Source of the DNA: Chloroflexota bacterium
GTDB lineage: Bacteria > Chloroflexota > Chloroflexia > QHBQ01
Length of the DNA: 43,414 nt
Assembly (NCBI GenBank): GCA_043754535.1
Contig: JAYUUN010000051.1
Span: 1-43,414, forward strand
Reading direction: 5' to 3'
Part shown: piece by piece, positions 7,782 through 16,444 of the stretch
How positions within the stretch are numbered: position 1 is the first letter of the stretch
Layout of the letters: every line of letters begins with the position of its first letter
The notes under the pieces: generated by a model
What the model saw: the letters and a program-made list of their open reading frames with translations, nothing else
Database searches by the model: none
What the model was told of the DNA's origin: nothing
Made by a program: the position numbers and the translations under genes

Positions 7782-10010
7782 TCAAATGAATTGCGCCGTG
7801 ACGCTGCGAACACAGCTTTTCAACCCTTGTGGTGGCCCCTCAAACAACACTTCGCCCCCGGCCCGGCCACCTTCCGGGCCAAGATCGATGATCCAATCGG
7901 CCTGGCGAATCACGTCCAGATGATGCTCAATCAGGATGACCGTGTTCCCGGCCTCCACCAGCCGGTCAATGATGCCCATCAACAGGCCGATGTCCGAGAG
8001 GTGTAGCCCCGTGGTGGGTTCGTCCATCACGTAGACGCTACCCCGTTTGTGCAGTTCGGTAGCGAGCTTCAGACGCTGCCCTTCGCCACCCGACACCGTG
8101 CTGAGGGGCTGGCCCAGCTTCAGGTAGCCCAGCCCCACGTCGCTCATGGATTGCAATACAGGCTTGATTTTCTTCTCGCTGAAGAAGGCCAGGCTCTCCT
8201 CCACCGTCATGTCTAGCACATCACTGATCGTCTTGCCGCGCAGTTGGTAGGCCAGTACCTCGGACTTGAAACGTTTGCCTTCGCAGATTTCGCAGGGCGA
8301 GACGATCCCTTCCATGAACGCCAGGTCGGTGTACACCACACCCAGCCCATTGCAGTTGGGGCAACTGCCCGCCGAGTTGAAACTGAAAAGGGAAGCACTG
8401 ACCCCATTGGCTTTGGCGAACGCCTGCCGGATGTCATCCATGATCCCGGTATAAGTAACCGGAGCTGAGCGGCTGTTCGCCGTCACGCGGGACTGGTCGA
8501 TCACAATCGCATCTGGGTGCTGTTCCAGAAACACGTTGTTGATCAGGCTGCTCTTGCCAGAACCAGCGACCCCCGTCACGACGGTTAGTACCCCGGTGGG
8601 GATGTCCACCGTCACATCTTTCAGGTTGTGCAGGCTGGCGTTTCGGATACTCAACTTTCCATTGGGCTGCCGCACCTGCTGCTTGATTGGCAGATGTTGC
8701 TTCAAGAATTGCCCAGTGAGCGTGTTGGCCTTCTTGAGGGCTTCGTAGCTCCCTTCAAAGACCACCTGACCGCCATGCACCCCCGCTTTCGGGCCAATGT
8801 CCACCACGTGGTCGGCGACCGAGATCACGTCTGGGTCGTGTTCAACCACCAGCACGGTGTTACCCTTGTCGCGCAACTCCTTCAGCAGGCTGTTCATGCG
8901 GGCAACATCGCGGGCGTGCAGGCCCACACTGGGTTCGTCGAGGATGTACAACATCTCGGTCAGGCTGTTGCCAAGATGGCGGATCATCTTAACCCGCTGC
9001 GACTCGCCACCCGATAGGGTAGCGGTTCCCCGGCTGAGGCTCAAGTAGCCCAGGCCGATATCCACCAGATGCTGCACCCGCTCGGTCAGTTTGGCCGCGA
9101 CCTTCACCGCGACTGGGTCGCTGAAACTCTCAAGGAACTTGATCAGTTCTGTTGCTTCCAGGTCAGATAGTTCGGCGATGTTGCAGCCAGCAATCCGGCA
9201 ATCCAAGGCCGCCTGGTTGAGCCTTGCACCATGACATAGCGGGCAGGTCTGCGAAGTGGTAAACTGCTCGAACACTACGCGGTTGCGGTCAGACATGGCT
9301 CCTGCGTCTTTCTTGAGATAGCTACGAGTGAATCGCTCGATGAGGCCCTCGTAGTGCAAGTAGCCAAAGGAGAGTTCCGCGTCCGCGCCGTAGAGCAGGG
9401 CATCCAGCTCCTGGTTGGTGTAGTCGTTGATTGGTTTGTCGTTGTCGAATAGACCCGAAAAGGTGTAGGTCTTCCACAGCAACTTGTCGACCTTGAAATC
9501 CGGGTGCAGGATCGCTCCACCATTGAGGGACTTGCTGCGGTCGAGGAACTTCTCCATGTCAAGTTGAACGGTGTTGCCAATACCTTCGCATTCTGGACAC
9601 ATCCCCTGGGGGGTGTTAAACGAGAAGACGAAGGCTGCCCCTGCATAAGGTTGCCCGACCCGTGAAAACAGCAGCCGCAGCAAAACGGCAATGTCTGTGT
9701 AAGTACCCACCGTCGAACGCGAACCGCCACCCACGCGCTTCTGATCGATGATGATCGGTGCGTTCAGGTTCTCAATGCGGTCTACATCCGGTTGGCCGTA
9801 GTGCGGTAGGAAGCCCTGCACGAAGGTAGTAAAGGTCTCGTTCAACTGACGTTGGGCCTCGGCAGCGATAGTATCGAATACCAGCGATGATTTTCCTGAA
9901 CCAGAAACGCCGGTGAACACCGTAATTTTCTGCTTGGGAATGTTCAACGATATGTCTTTTAGGTTGTTTTCGCGTGCGCCGTAAACCTCAATAAACTGGC
10001 GATCTATCAT
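7782..10010 (-). CDS. uvrA: UvrA-family ABC ATPase, short class II type (UvrA2/DrrC-like)
   Basis: GARENNLK, Walker A GVSGSGKSS and GVAGSGKSS, LSGGE signature, LDEP/MDEP, CxxC zinc fingers; 742 aa, lacks the UvrB-binding insertion; GGAGG RBS before ATG at 10010. Confidence 0.9.
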   Translation of the reverse strand: MIDRQFIEVYGARENNLKDISLNIPKQKITVFTGVSGSGKSSLVFDTIAAEAQRQLNETFTTFVQGFLPHYGQPDVDRIENLNAPIIIDQKRVGGGSRSTVGTYTDIAVLLRLLFSRVGQPYAGAAFVFSFNTPQGMCPECEGIGNTVQLDMEKFLDRSKSLNGGAILHPDFKVDKLLWKTYTFSGLFDNDKPINDYTNQELDALLYGADAELSFGYLHYEGLIERFTRSYLKKDAGAMSDRNRVVFEQFTTSQTCPLCHGARLNQAALDCRIAGCNIAELSDLEATELIKFLESFSDPVAVKVAAKLTERVQHLVDIGLGYLSLSRGTATLSGGESQRVKMIRHLGNSLTEMLYILDEPSVGLHARDVARMNSLLKELRDKGNTVLVVEHDPDVISVADHVVDIGPKAGVHGGQVVFEGSYEALKKANTLTGQFLKQHLPIKQQVRQPNGKLSIRNASLHNLKDVTVDIPTGVLTVVTGVAGSGKSSLINNVFLEQHPDAIVIDQSRVTANSRSAPVTYTGIMDDIRQAFAKANGVSASLFSFNSAGSCPNCNGLGVVYTDLAFMEGIVSPCEICEGKRFKSEVLAYQLRGKTISDVLDMTVEESLAFFSEKKIKPVLQSMSDVGLGYLKLGQPLSTVSGGEGQRLKLATELHKRGSVYVMDEPTTGLHLSDIGLLMGIIDRLVEAGNTVILIEHHLDVIRQADWIIDLGPEGGRAGGEVLFEGPPQGLKSCVRSVTAQFI

Positions 10011-10517
10011 GCTTGCCTCCACAGTAAGCAGTAAGCAGAGTTTCAATCCCCCTCAACGTGGGGGAGATGGACGCAATGCGGCCAGCGCAAAAGGCGTGCT
10101 GGTCAAAGGTGGGCTTGTTGCAATCCCCTTGGAGGGCAGGTAGTGATTGCAACTCGGCAACTAGCCGCTTCGCTTTCACATTGCGCTGGCTGTTGCCCCT
10201 GAAGGTGAAGGTGAGGGCTGCGCACCAATCACATTCTAACACGGCTCTGCGCTGGCCGTCAACAGCTCAGCTTGTGGGAGCTGGATGCTGCCGCGAGTGG
10301 TTGCCACCCGCTGCTTTCGCACCGACTCATATGGGGAGAGCACAAGTGGCAAACAGCAGCTACTCCCGGCCAACCACGCATAGTTGATCTCGGCGCCATG
10401 CCAAGACCTACCTGGGGCCAGGTGGGGCAAGGGGCGGGACGCAGTAGGCCGAACACTGGCCCGCTTTGTGGTGTGGAACAGAGACAGCAGAGCTTACGCG
10501 TATAGCAACGGAGCCGC

Positions 10518-10570
10518 TTGACACCTTTCCTCAACTCAACTATAATGCACTCTGTTAGACCAACATCTAA
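10518..10570 (+). promoter_or_regulatory. Consensus sigma70 promoter plus palindromic operator
   Basis: TTGACA (10518)-17 nt-TATAAT (10541); TTAGA-N6-TCTAA at 10555-10570 just downstream. Confidence 0.75.
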
Positions 10571-10606
10571 GCCTGAGCCGCGCACACGGCAGAGTGGGGA
10601 CAACAC

Positions 10607-11791
10607 ATGGCAGTAGCGACGCAGCGGCAGGTTAGCTGGGACATAGGCGGCGGCTACGATTTGTTGATCAGCGCGTATGTGCTGCATCGCCCCCGCGAGT
10701 TCGACCTACCTGCGCCCTGGGCGGCAGGGGTGCGCAGCAGGCTAGCGGCAGAGAACCGCGCCGCCTTCAAGTTCTTCTTTGGTAGCCCCTTTGCCGTCCC
10801 CTTCTTCATGCCGCTGCACATCGTCTACCAGCTAACGGGCGAAAAGAGCGCGGCAGCATTGATTGCGGCGATGGAGCAGTTGCCTGCCGACCACTTCATC
10901 CAAATCTTTGCTAACTTCGTGGACATCCCTGGCACTGTGCGCAACAAGCAGATCATCCCTCCACTGCGGAAGGCACTGGCGGGCGAACACCTGAGCGAGA
11001 GCGAGCGGGCCGACCTGCTTGCCACCCTCAACAAGACGCTCCGCAGCAAGGCCGACCGCGAAGGCCTCAACACCCTACTAGCCATGCTCGAAAAGCAAGC
11101 AGACTTGCGCGAACAGTACATCGCAGCCATCCGCGACTACTACCAGGTCTACTACAAGGCCGAGGAGGAGCGCAGCCTGCCCATCCTGCAAACGGCCCTC
11201 GCCCAGGCCCAGGCTGCGGCGCAGGACAAGCCTATTGCCGAGGTGCTGGAACAACTGACGCACGGCGTGACCGTCGGGGCCGAGGCGGGGCTGAAGCAAC
11301 TGGTAATCGCCCCCTCGTTCTGGTCGAACCCCTACGTCTTCCCCTACTACCCACGCCCAGGCGAACTGCTGCTGCTCTATGGGGCGCGCCCAGAGTGGAC
11401 GCGGCTGGTGCCTGGCCCTGTTGTGCCAGACGCAGCGATGCGCACGCTGAAAGCACTCTCCGACCCCACACGAGTGCGCCTGCTGCACCTGCTGGCCGAG
11501 AAGCCCAGCCCGCCTCTAGAACTGGCGAAAGCCCTCAAGCTCTCCCTACCGACCATCTCTCATCACCTGACCGAGTTGCGCCTGGCTGGGTTGGTCAAGA
11601 TCGAGATCGGGTTGGAGAACACACGTAGCTACACCCTGCGCTGGCGCGAAGCCGAAGCTGCCCTGGACACCCTCAAACGCTTCATTATGAGTGAACAAGT
11701 GGAGGATTTATGGCTCACGCAACCGTACTCTACATCGGCAGCGACGATGGCTTCTATACGCTCAGCAGTGCGGGCGGTAGCTGGCGGCTGA
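10607..11791 (+). CDS. ArsR/SmtB-family transcriptional regulator with long N-terminal domain and C-terminal wHTH
   Basis: LKALSDPTRVRLLHLL...ELAKALKLSLPTISHHLTELRLAGLV; overlaps the next gene by 82 nt. Confidence 0.85.
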   Translation: MAVATQRQVSWDIGGGYDLLISAYVLHRPREFDLPAPWAAGVRSRLAAENRAAFKFFFGSPFAVPFFMPLHIVYQLTGEKSAAALIAAMEQLPADHFIQIFANFVDIPGTVRNKQIIPPLRKALAGEHLSESERADLLATLNKTLRSKADREGLNTLLAMLEKQADLREQYIAAIRDYYQVYYKAEEERSLPILQTALAQAQAAAQDKPIAEVLEQLTHGVTVGAEAGLKQLVIAPSFWSNPYVFPYYPRPGELLLLYGARPEWTRLVPGPVVPDAAMRTLKALSDPTRVRLLHLLAEKPSPPLELAKALKLSLPTISHHLTELRLAGLVKIEIGLENTRSYTLRWREAEAALDTLKRFIMSEQVEDLWLTQPYSTSAATMASIRSAVRAVAGG

Positions 11792-12684
11792 ACCAACGCG
11801 GGCTAGCAGGGCTGGCTGTCACCCAGGTGGCTCTCCACCCCAGCCAATTGCCCACCTTCTACGCGGCAGCAGCGGCAGGGAAGGGCCAGCCAGCGGGCCT
11901 CTACCGCACGACCAGCAACGGCTTCGAGTGGCAGTTGCTGCTTGAGGGCGAGATTACCGCACTGGCCGTCGCAGTAGACGAGGTGAAGAAGCGACGCACG
12001 AAAGCCCGCGAGGACGAAGCAGAGAAGGCCGAGGAGCAGCCCTTCAATATCTATGCCGCCACTACCGACTGCCGCTTCTACCGTGCTGAGGGCGGCGAGG
12101 GTTGGCAAGCCACTGCCAGCCTTCCCAGCGAACAGGCCGCAACCACTATCCTACCCTTGAGCCGTAGCAGTCTCTATGTTGGCACAGCAGACGGCAGCGT
12201 GCTGTTCAGCGAGGACGGTGGCGAAAGCTGGCGCGAACGAGGGCAGCTTGAGGGGAGGATCAACGACCTCACGCTGATCGGTGACGACCTCTACGCCAGC
12301 AGCACGCAAGGGGTCTACGTGATGTTGAACGATGGCTGGCAGCAGCTCAACAACTTCGCTCGTAATGCTGCTCCACTAGCTGCCTTCCAACCGACTACCG
12401 AACCAGGCGTGTTGCTGGTCGGGGCTGAGGCTGAGGATCATAGCTCCACGATCTACCGCTGGACAACCGAGCAGCAAGCCTTCACCCACGCTACGTTCGC
12501 CACCGACAGTGGCAACGGTAGGGAGTTGCTGACCGCAATCCAGGCCCACCCAACGGTACGTGGAGCCTGCTACGCTGTCACCCTGACCCAGGCCTACGCC
12601 AGCAGCGACAAGGGCGCAACCTGGGAGCAGATCGTGGCACCCATGCTGCCCCAAGCACACTGCCTGGCGGTGGCGAAGATTTAG
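11710..12684 (+). CDS. Beta-propeller protein with BNR/Asp-box-like repeats
   Basis: SEDGGESW and SSDKGATW Asp-box motifs, LYVGT strands; GGAGGA RBS. Confidence 0.75.
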   Translation: MAHATVLYIGSDDGFYTLSSAGGSWRLNQRGLAGLAVTQVALHPSQLPTFYAAAAAGKGQPAGLYRTTSNGFEWQLLLEGEITALAVAVDEVKKRRTKAREDEAEKAEEQPFNIYAATTDCRFYRAEGGEGWQATASLPSEQAATTILPLSRSSLYVGTADGSVLFSEDGGESWRERGQLEGRINDLTLIGDDLYASSTQGVYVMLNDGWQQLNNFARNAAPLAAFQPTTEPGVLLVGAEAEDHSSTIYRWTTEQQAFTHATFATDSGNGRELLTAIQAHPTVRGACYAVTLTQAYASSDKGATWEQIVAPMLPQAHCLAVAKI

Positions 12685-13082
12685 CGGCGGGCGTGTTCTA
12701 TCTTCCAGCACAAATCCTCAACATAGGGCAGGTTAGCTGCCTCAGCCAGACCGCGCGCCTCGGCGTTGCGGATGCCCAGTTGCAGCCAGATGCCCCGTAC
12801 TCCCCGCTGGATAGCCGCAGCTACCACTGGCGGAGTTAGCTCGCTGCGGCGGAATACGTCCACCAAACCCACCGCGATCTCGGCTGGTATCTCGCCCAGG
12901 CTGGCGTAGGCTTGCTCACCCAGTACCTCATCCTCAGCCGGGTTGACTGGGATGATGCGGTAGCCATGCCACTGCATATAAGCAGCCACCCGGTAGCTGG
13001 GCCGATCCGCCTTGCTCGATAGGCCGACGACGGCAATGGTCTTCATCGCCAACAACTGCTCCACAACTGCGTCTTTGTGCAT
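12681..13082 (-). CDS. CoA-binding protein (YccU-like)
   Basis: IAVVGLS..RPSYRVAAYM..IIPVNP, VDVFRRS, WLQLG motifs. Confidence 0.9.
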   Translation of the reverse strand: MHKDAVVEQLLAMKTIAVVGLSSKADRPSYRVAAYMQWHGYRIIPVNPAEDEVLGEQAYASLGEIPAEIAVGLVDVFRRSELTPPVVAAAIQRGVRGIWLQLGIRNAEARGLAEAANLPYVEDLCWKIEHARR

Positions 13083-13093
13083 CGCTTCTCCCC

Positions 13094-14311
13094 CTAATGG
13101 GCCAGGTGTTTGACGAACCAATCCGCTGCCGCCATCCGCACGTCTGCGATGTAGTTGTAGCAGGCGTGGCCGGAGTTGGCGAAGTAGAGCATCTCCTTCT
13201 CACCAGGCAGGTCGTCATAGATTTGGCGTGAGTTGCGCGGCGGCACGATCATGTCCTGACCGCCCGCGATCACCAGTGTAGGGATTTGCACCTGCTTCGC
13301 CAGACCACCCTGCGCTGCTGGCTGGCGCAACATCTGCCGCAATCGCTTGTGGTCGAAGTTAAAGAGGAATTGTATCTCGTGGCGCACCAGGGGCATAACC
13401 ACGCGGTACTCGCGGGCGAGGTTGTAGGGGGCGCAGAGAGTGACGAGGGCGCGGTAGCGCGGGTCGCTAGCCGCAGCCATCCAGAGTGCGAGGTAGCCGC
13501 CCAGACTGACCCCCATCAGGCCCACTCTTGTACCATCCAGGTCGGGCCGGGCCGCCAGGAAGTCAAGGACAGCGCGGCTGACCTGTTGGTAGTCTGCCAC
13601 CATCGTCAGCCCCGCGTACCAGCTTTCGCCGCTGCCCGGCCCGTCGAAGCTGAGGGTGGCAACCCCCCGCGCCAGCATCTCCTCCTCCCAAGAGAAGAAC
13701 TCCTCTTTGGTCATCGAAACACCATTCATGTTGACGACAACCGGCGGCTGGCTAACCCCACGGGGCAGGCGCAGGTAGCCGGGCAGGTCGTGACCGGGGA
13801 AGGGAATACTTACGCGCTCGGCAGGCGGGTCGAAGTGCGGGGCGGCTTTGGCATAGGCGGCGTAGGAGAGGAGGCTAAGTTCCTCCTTCAGCTTTGCGTC
13901 ACCAAAGAGAGCAACCTGGGCGAAGTGGTAGCTGAGGCTGGCGTAGAAGAAGCAGCGAGCCGCACTAACCGTGTTGCCCCCTGCTAGCAACGCGTCACCC
14001 TGGGCAGTACGTCCGTCGGCCACCGCACGCCAGTTGGCGACCCAGCCGCGCAGCCCACGCACATGGCTAATCGCTTCGCTCACGTCGTTGATGTCCAGAC
14101 CGTGAGCGAGATAGCGAGCGAAGGGGCTACCGCTGAGGGTGCGCGACCCCATCAGGCGCAAGCTAGCCTCGAATGCGATGCGGTTGACGACGACACGACG
14201 GGCATAGTAAGGCCACATTCGCCCAGCCGTAACTGGTGGGTCGGCAAGGGTGGGTAGCGGAGTCGCTACCCCCCTCCGTTCGCGGCGCAGTACTCTCCTG
14301 CTCAAATCCAT
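13094..14311 (-). CDS. Alpha/beta hydrolase (FrsA / 2,6-dihydroxypseudooxynicotine hydrolase-like)
   Basis: FDGPGSGE, nucleophile GVSLGG, GGQD, SGH; GGAGG RBS. Confidence 0.85.
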   Translation of the reverse strand: MDLSRRVLRRERRGVATPLPTLADPPVTAGRMWPYYARRVVVNRIAFEASLRLMGSRTLSGSPFARYLAHGLDINDVSEAISHVRGLRGWVANWRAVADGRTAQGDALLAGGNTVSAARCFFYASLSYHFAQVALFGDAKLKEELSLLSYAAYAKAAPHFDPPAERVSIPFPGHDLPGYLRLPRGVSQPPVVVNMNGVSMTKEEFFSWEEEMLARGVATLSFDGPGSGESWYAGLTMVADYQQVSRAVLDFLAARPDLDGTRVGLMGVSLGGYLALWMAAASDPRYRALVTLCAPYNLAREYRVVMPLVRHEIQFLFNFDHKRLRQMLRQPAAQGGLAKQVQIPTLVIAGGQDMIVPPRNSRQIYDDLPGEKEMLYFANSGHACYNYIADVRMAAADWFVKHLAH

Positions 14312-14414
14312 CTACTGAACCTCCTGGTAGGCTCCCGAACCCCTGGCGATTTCCCTGCCACCGCCATTATAGCACAAGAGGTGGGAGCCAGAAGCAGTAT
14401 GCTATAATACGCAT

Positions 14415-15806
14415 ATGACCGAGCGACCAGCCAACGCCTACCGCGCCCTGCCCTCCGTTGACCGCCTCTTGCAGGTAGCAGCCCTGCGCACGAGTGGTTA
14501 CCCGCCCAGCCTGCTCACCGCCCTAACCCGCGAGGAGCTAACCAACGCCCGCCTGCTGGTCGCCAACGGCCAGCCAGCCGCTACCGTCGAGCAGCTAGCC
14601 GCGAGCATCCTGGCCCGCCTCAGCAGCTTGAGCGAACCGACCCTGCGCCCAGTGATCAACGCTAGCGGAGTAATTATCCACACCAATCTTGGCCGCGCCC
14701 CCCTCAGTGCCGAGGCTATCGCAGCAATGGCAGCGGTTAGCAGCGGCTACTCCAACCTTGAGTACGACCTGCGGCAGGGCGCACGCGGCAGCCGCCACGA
14801 CCATGTTGCTGCCCTGCTGTGCCAACTAAGCGGGGGGGAGGACGGCATCGTGGTCAACAACAATGCGGCGGCCCTCGTCCTCGTCCTTAGTGCGCTAGCG
14901 AAGGGCAAGGAAGTGCTGGTCAGTCGCGGGCAGGCGGTGGAGATCGGCGGCGGCTTCCGCATCCCCGATGTGATGCGCCAGAGTGGGGCGAAGCTGGTAG
15001 ATGTCGGCACCACCAACCGCACGCGGGCGAGCGACTACGGCGCGGCAGTCAGCACAAGGACGGCGGCTCTGCTCAACGTCCACAGCAGCAACTTCCGCAT
15101 GATCGGCTTCACCGAGCAACCAACGCTAGCCGAGTTGGTGGGAGTGGCGAAAGGCTCTGGCATCCTGGCGATGGACGATCTGGGCAGCGGCAGCTTCCTT
15201 GCCAGCGAGCAGTTCGGCCTGGCTCACGAGCCGCAGGTGGAGGAGAGCGTCGCCGCAGGCATGGACGTGATCACCTTCAGCGGGGACAAGCTGCTCGGTG
15301 GGCCGCAGGCGGGCATCATCGTCGGCAAGCGCGAGCCAATGGCCCGCATCCGCAAGCACCCACTGGTCAGGGCGATCCGTGTGGATAAGACGATCCTGGC
15401 GGGGGTGCAGGCGACCTTGCTGCACTATCTGCGTGGAGAAGCCTTGCAGAAGATACCAGTGTGGCGGATGATCAGCCAGAGTGCAAGCGAAATGCGCGAG
15501 CGGGCGACCAGCTTGCAGGCGCAACTGGCCCATGCGGGGGTCGCCTGCGTATTGCAGGGCGGCCAGTCGGCGGTCGGTGGCGGCAGCCTGCCTGGGGAGA
15601 CGCTGCCTACCACCCTCATTGCCCTCAGCCCACGTAGTGCAGAGCGGCTGGCGGCCCGCCTACGCGAGGGTAACCCGGCGGTCGTCGCCCGCATCGAGGA
15701 GGGTAAGCTACTGCTAGACCCACGCACGGTGCAGCCGGGTGAGGGCGGCCTGCTGGTACGGCAGGTGGCTGCCGCCTGGCACGGGTTGGAAAAGAAGGGT
15801 GATTGA
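14415..15806 (+). CDS. selA: L-seryl-tRNA(Sec) selenium transferase
   Basis: VINASGVIIHTNLGRAP, YSNLEYDL, VVNNNAAA, EIGGGFRIPDVM, FSGDKLLGGPQAG (PLP lysine). Confidence 0.95.
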   Translation: MTERPANAYRALPSVDRLLQVAALRTSGYPPSLLTALTREELTNARLLVANGQPAATVEQLAASILARLSSLSEPTLRPVINASGVIIHTNLGRAPLSAEAIAAMAAVSSGYSNLEYDLRQGARGSRHDHVAALLCQLSGGEDGIVVNNNAAALVLVLSALAKGKEVLVSRGQAVEIGGGFRIPDVMRQSGAKLVDVGTTNRTRASDYGAAVSTRTAALLNVHSSNFRMIGFTEQPTLAELVGVAKGSGILAMDDLGSGSFLASEQFGLAHEPQVEESVAAGMDVITFSGDKLLGGPQAGIIVGKREPMARIRKHPLVRAIRVDKTILAGVQATLLHYLRGEALQKIPVWRMISQSASEMRERATSLQAQLAHAGVACVLQGGQSAVGGGSLPGETLPTTLIALSPRSAERLAARLREGNPAVVARIEEGKLLLDPRTVQPGEGGLLVRQVAAAWHGLEKKGD

Positions 15807-15809
15807 CTG

Positions 15810-15935
15810 ATGGCAGAAGACAGATTCTTGGGCATTGAAACCGACAAGAGCTACGCACGAGTCGCACAAGACTGCCTGGCGCACAAGGAAGTGGCTGAGA
15901 TGTTGCTCACCGGTCAGCAGAAGTTGGCTCTGTGA
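15810..15935 (+). pseudogene. 41-aa mini-ORF resembling the C-terminal end of an N4/N6 DNA methyltransferase
   Basis: MAEDRFLGIETDKSYARVAQDCLAHKEVAEMLLTGQQKLAL; begins 3 nt after the selA stop and ends in a GTGA overlap with the next gene; RFLGIExDxxY pattern. Confidence 0.45.
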
Positions 15936-16444
15936 TTGACGAATACTCTACGCTGCCCTTGAACGTCACGATCCGCTCACTGCGCCGCGAGGACATGGAG
16001 CCGCTAGAGTGGTATGGCCTGGAGACCCAGCAGCGGCGGCGGATGCTGTCTGCCTACGAACGCTACGAGCAGGGCAGCGTAGTAATGCTGGTAGCGGAGG
16101 TGGGCGGCTACCCGGTCGGGCAAGTGTGGGTGGACTTCGAGCGGGTAGCAGGGGTGGGCTTCGTGCAGGCGTTGCGAGTCTTTCCATTCCTGCGTGGTAG
16201 CGGCCTGGGTACGCAGCTGATGGCGGCAGCAGAGCAGACGATGCGCGAGCGGGGCGTGCGAGCCGCCGAACTGATCGTCGTGCAGAACAATCCTGCTGCC
16301 CACCGCCTCTACGAGCGGCTTGGCTACAACCTGACCGCCGAGGAGACACGAGATTGGAGCTACACCGACGAACAGGGAACTTACCACCACCACGTCGCTG
16401 ATGTATGGCTGATGCGGAAGGAACTGGACGCTATCAATGGCTGA
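15932..16444 (+). CDS. GNAT family N-acetyltransferase
   Basis: LRGSGLGTQLM motif A; NPAAHRLYERLGY. Confidence 0.9.
   Translation: MIDEYSTLPLNVTIRSLRREDMEPLEWYGLETQQRRRMLSAYERYEQGSVVMLVAEVGGYPVGQVWVDFERVAGVGFVQALRVFPFLRGSGLGTQLMAAAEQTMRERGVRAAELIVVQNNPAAHRLYERLGYNLTAEETRDWSYTDEQGTYHHHVADVWLMRKELDAING

Noticed and set aside
14415..16000. tRNA-Sec (selC) or selB next to selA
   Set aside because: No tRNA cloverleaf with a TCA anticodon and no EF-Tu-like ORF recognised in the window
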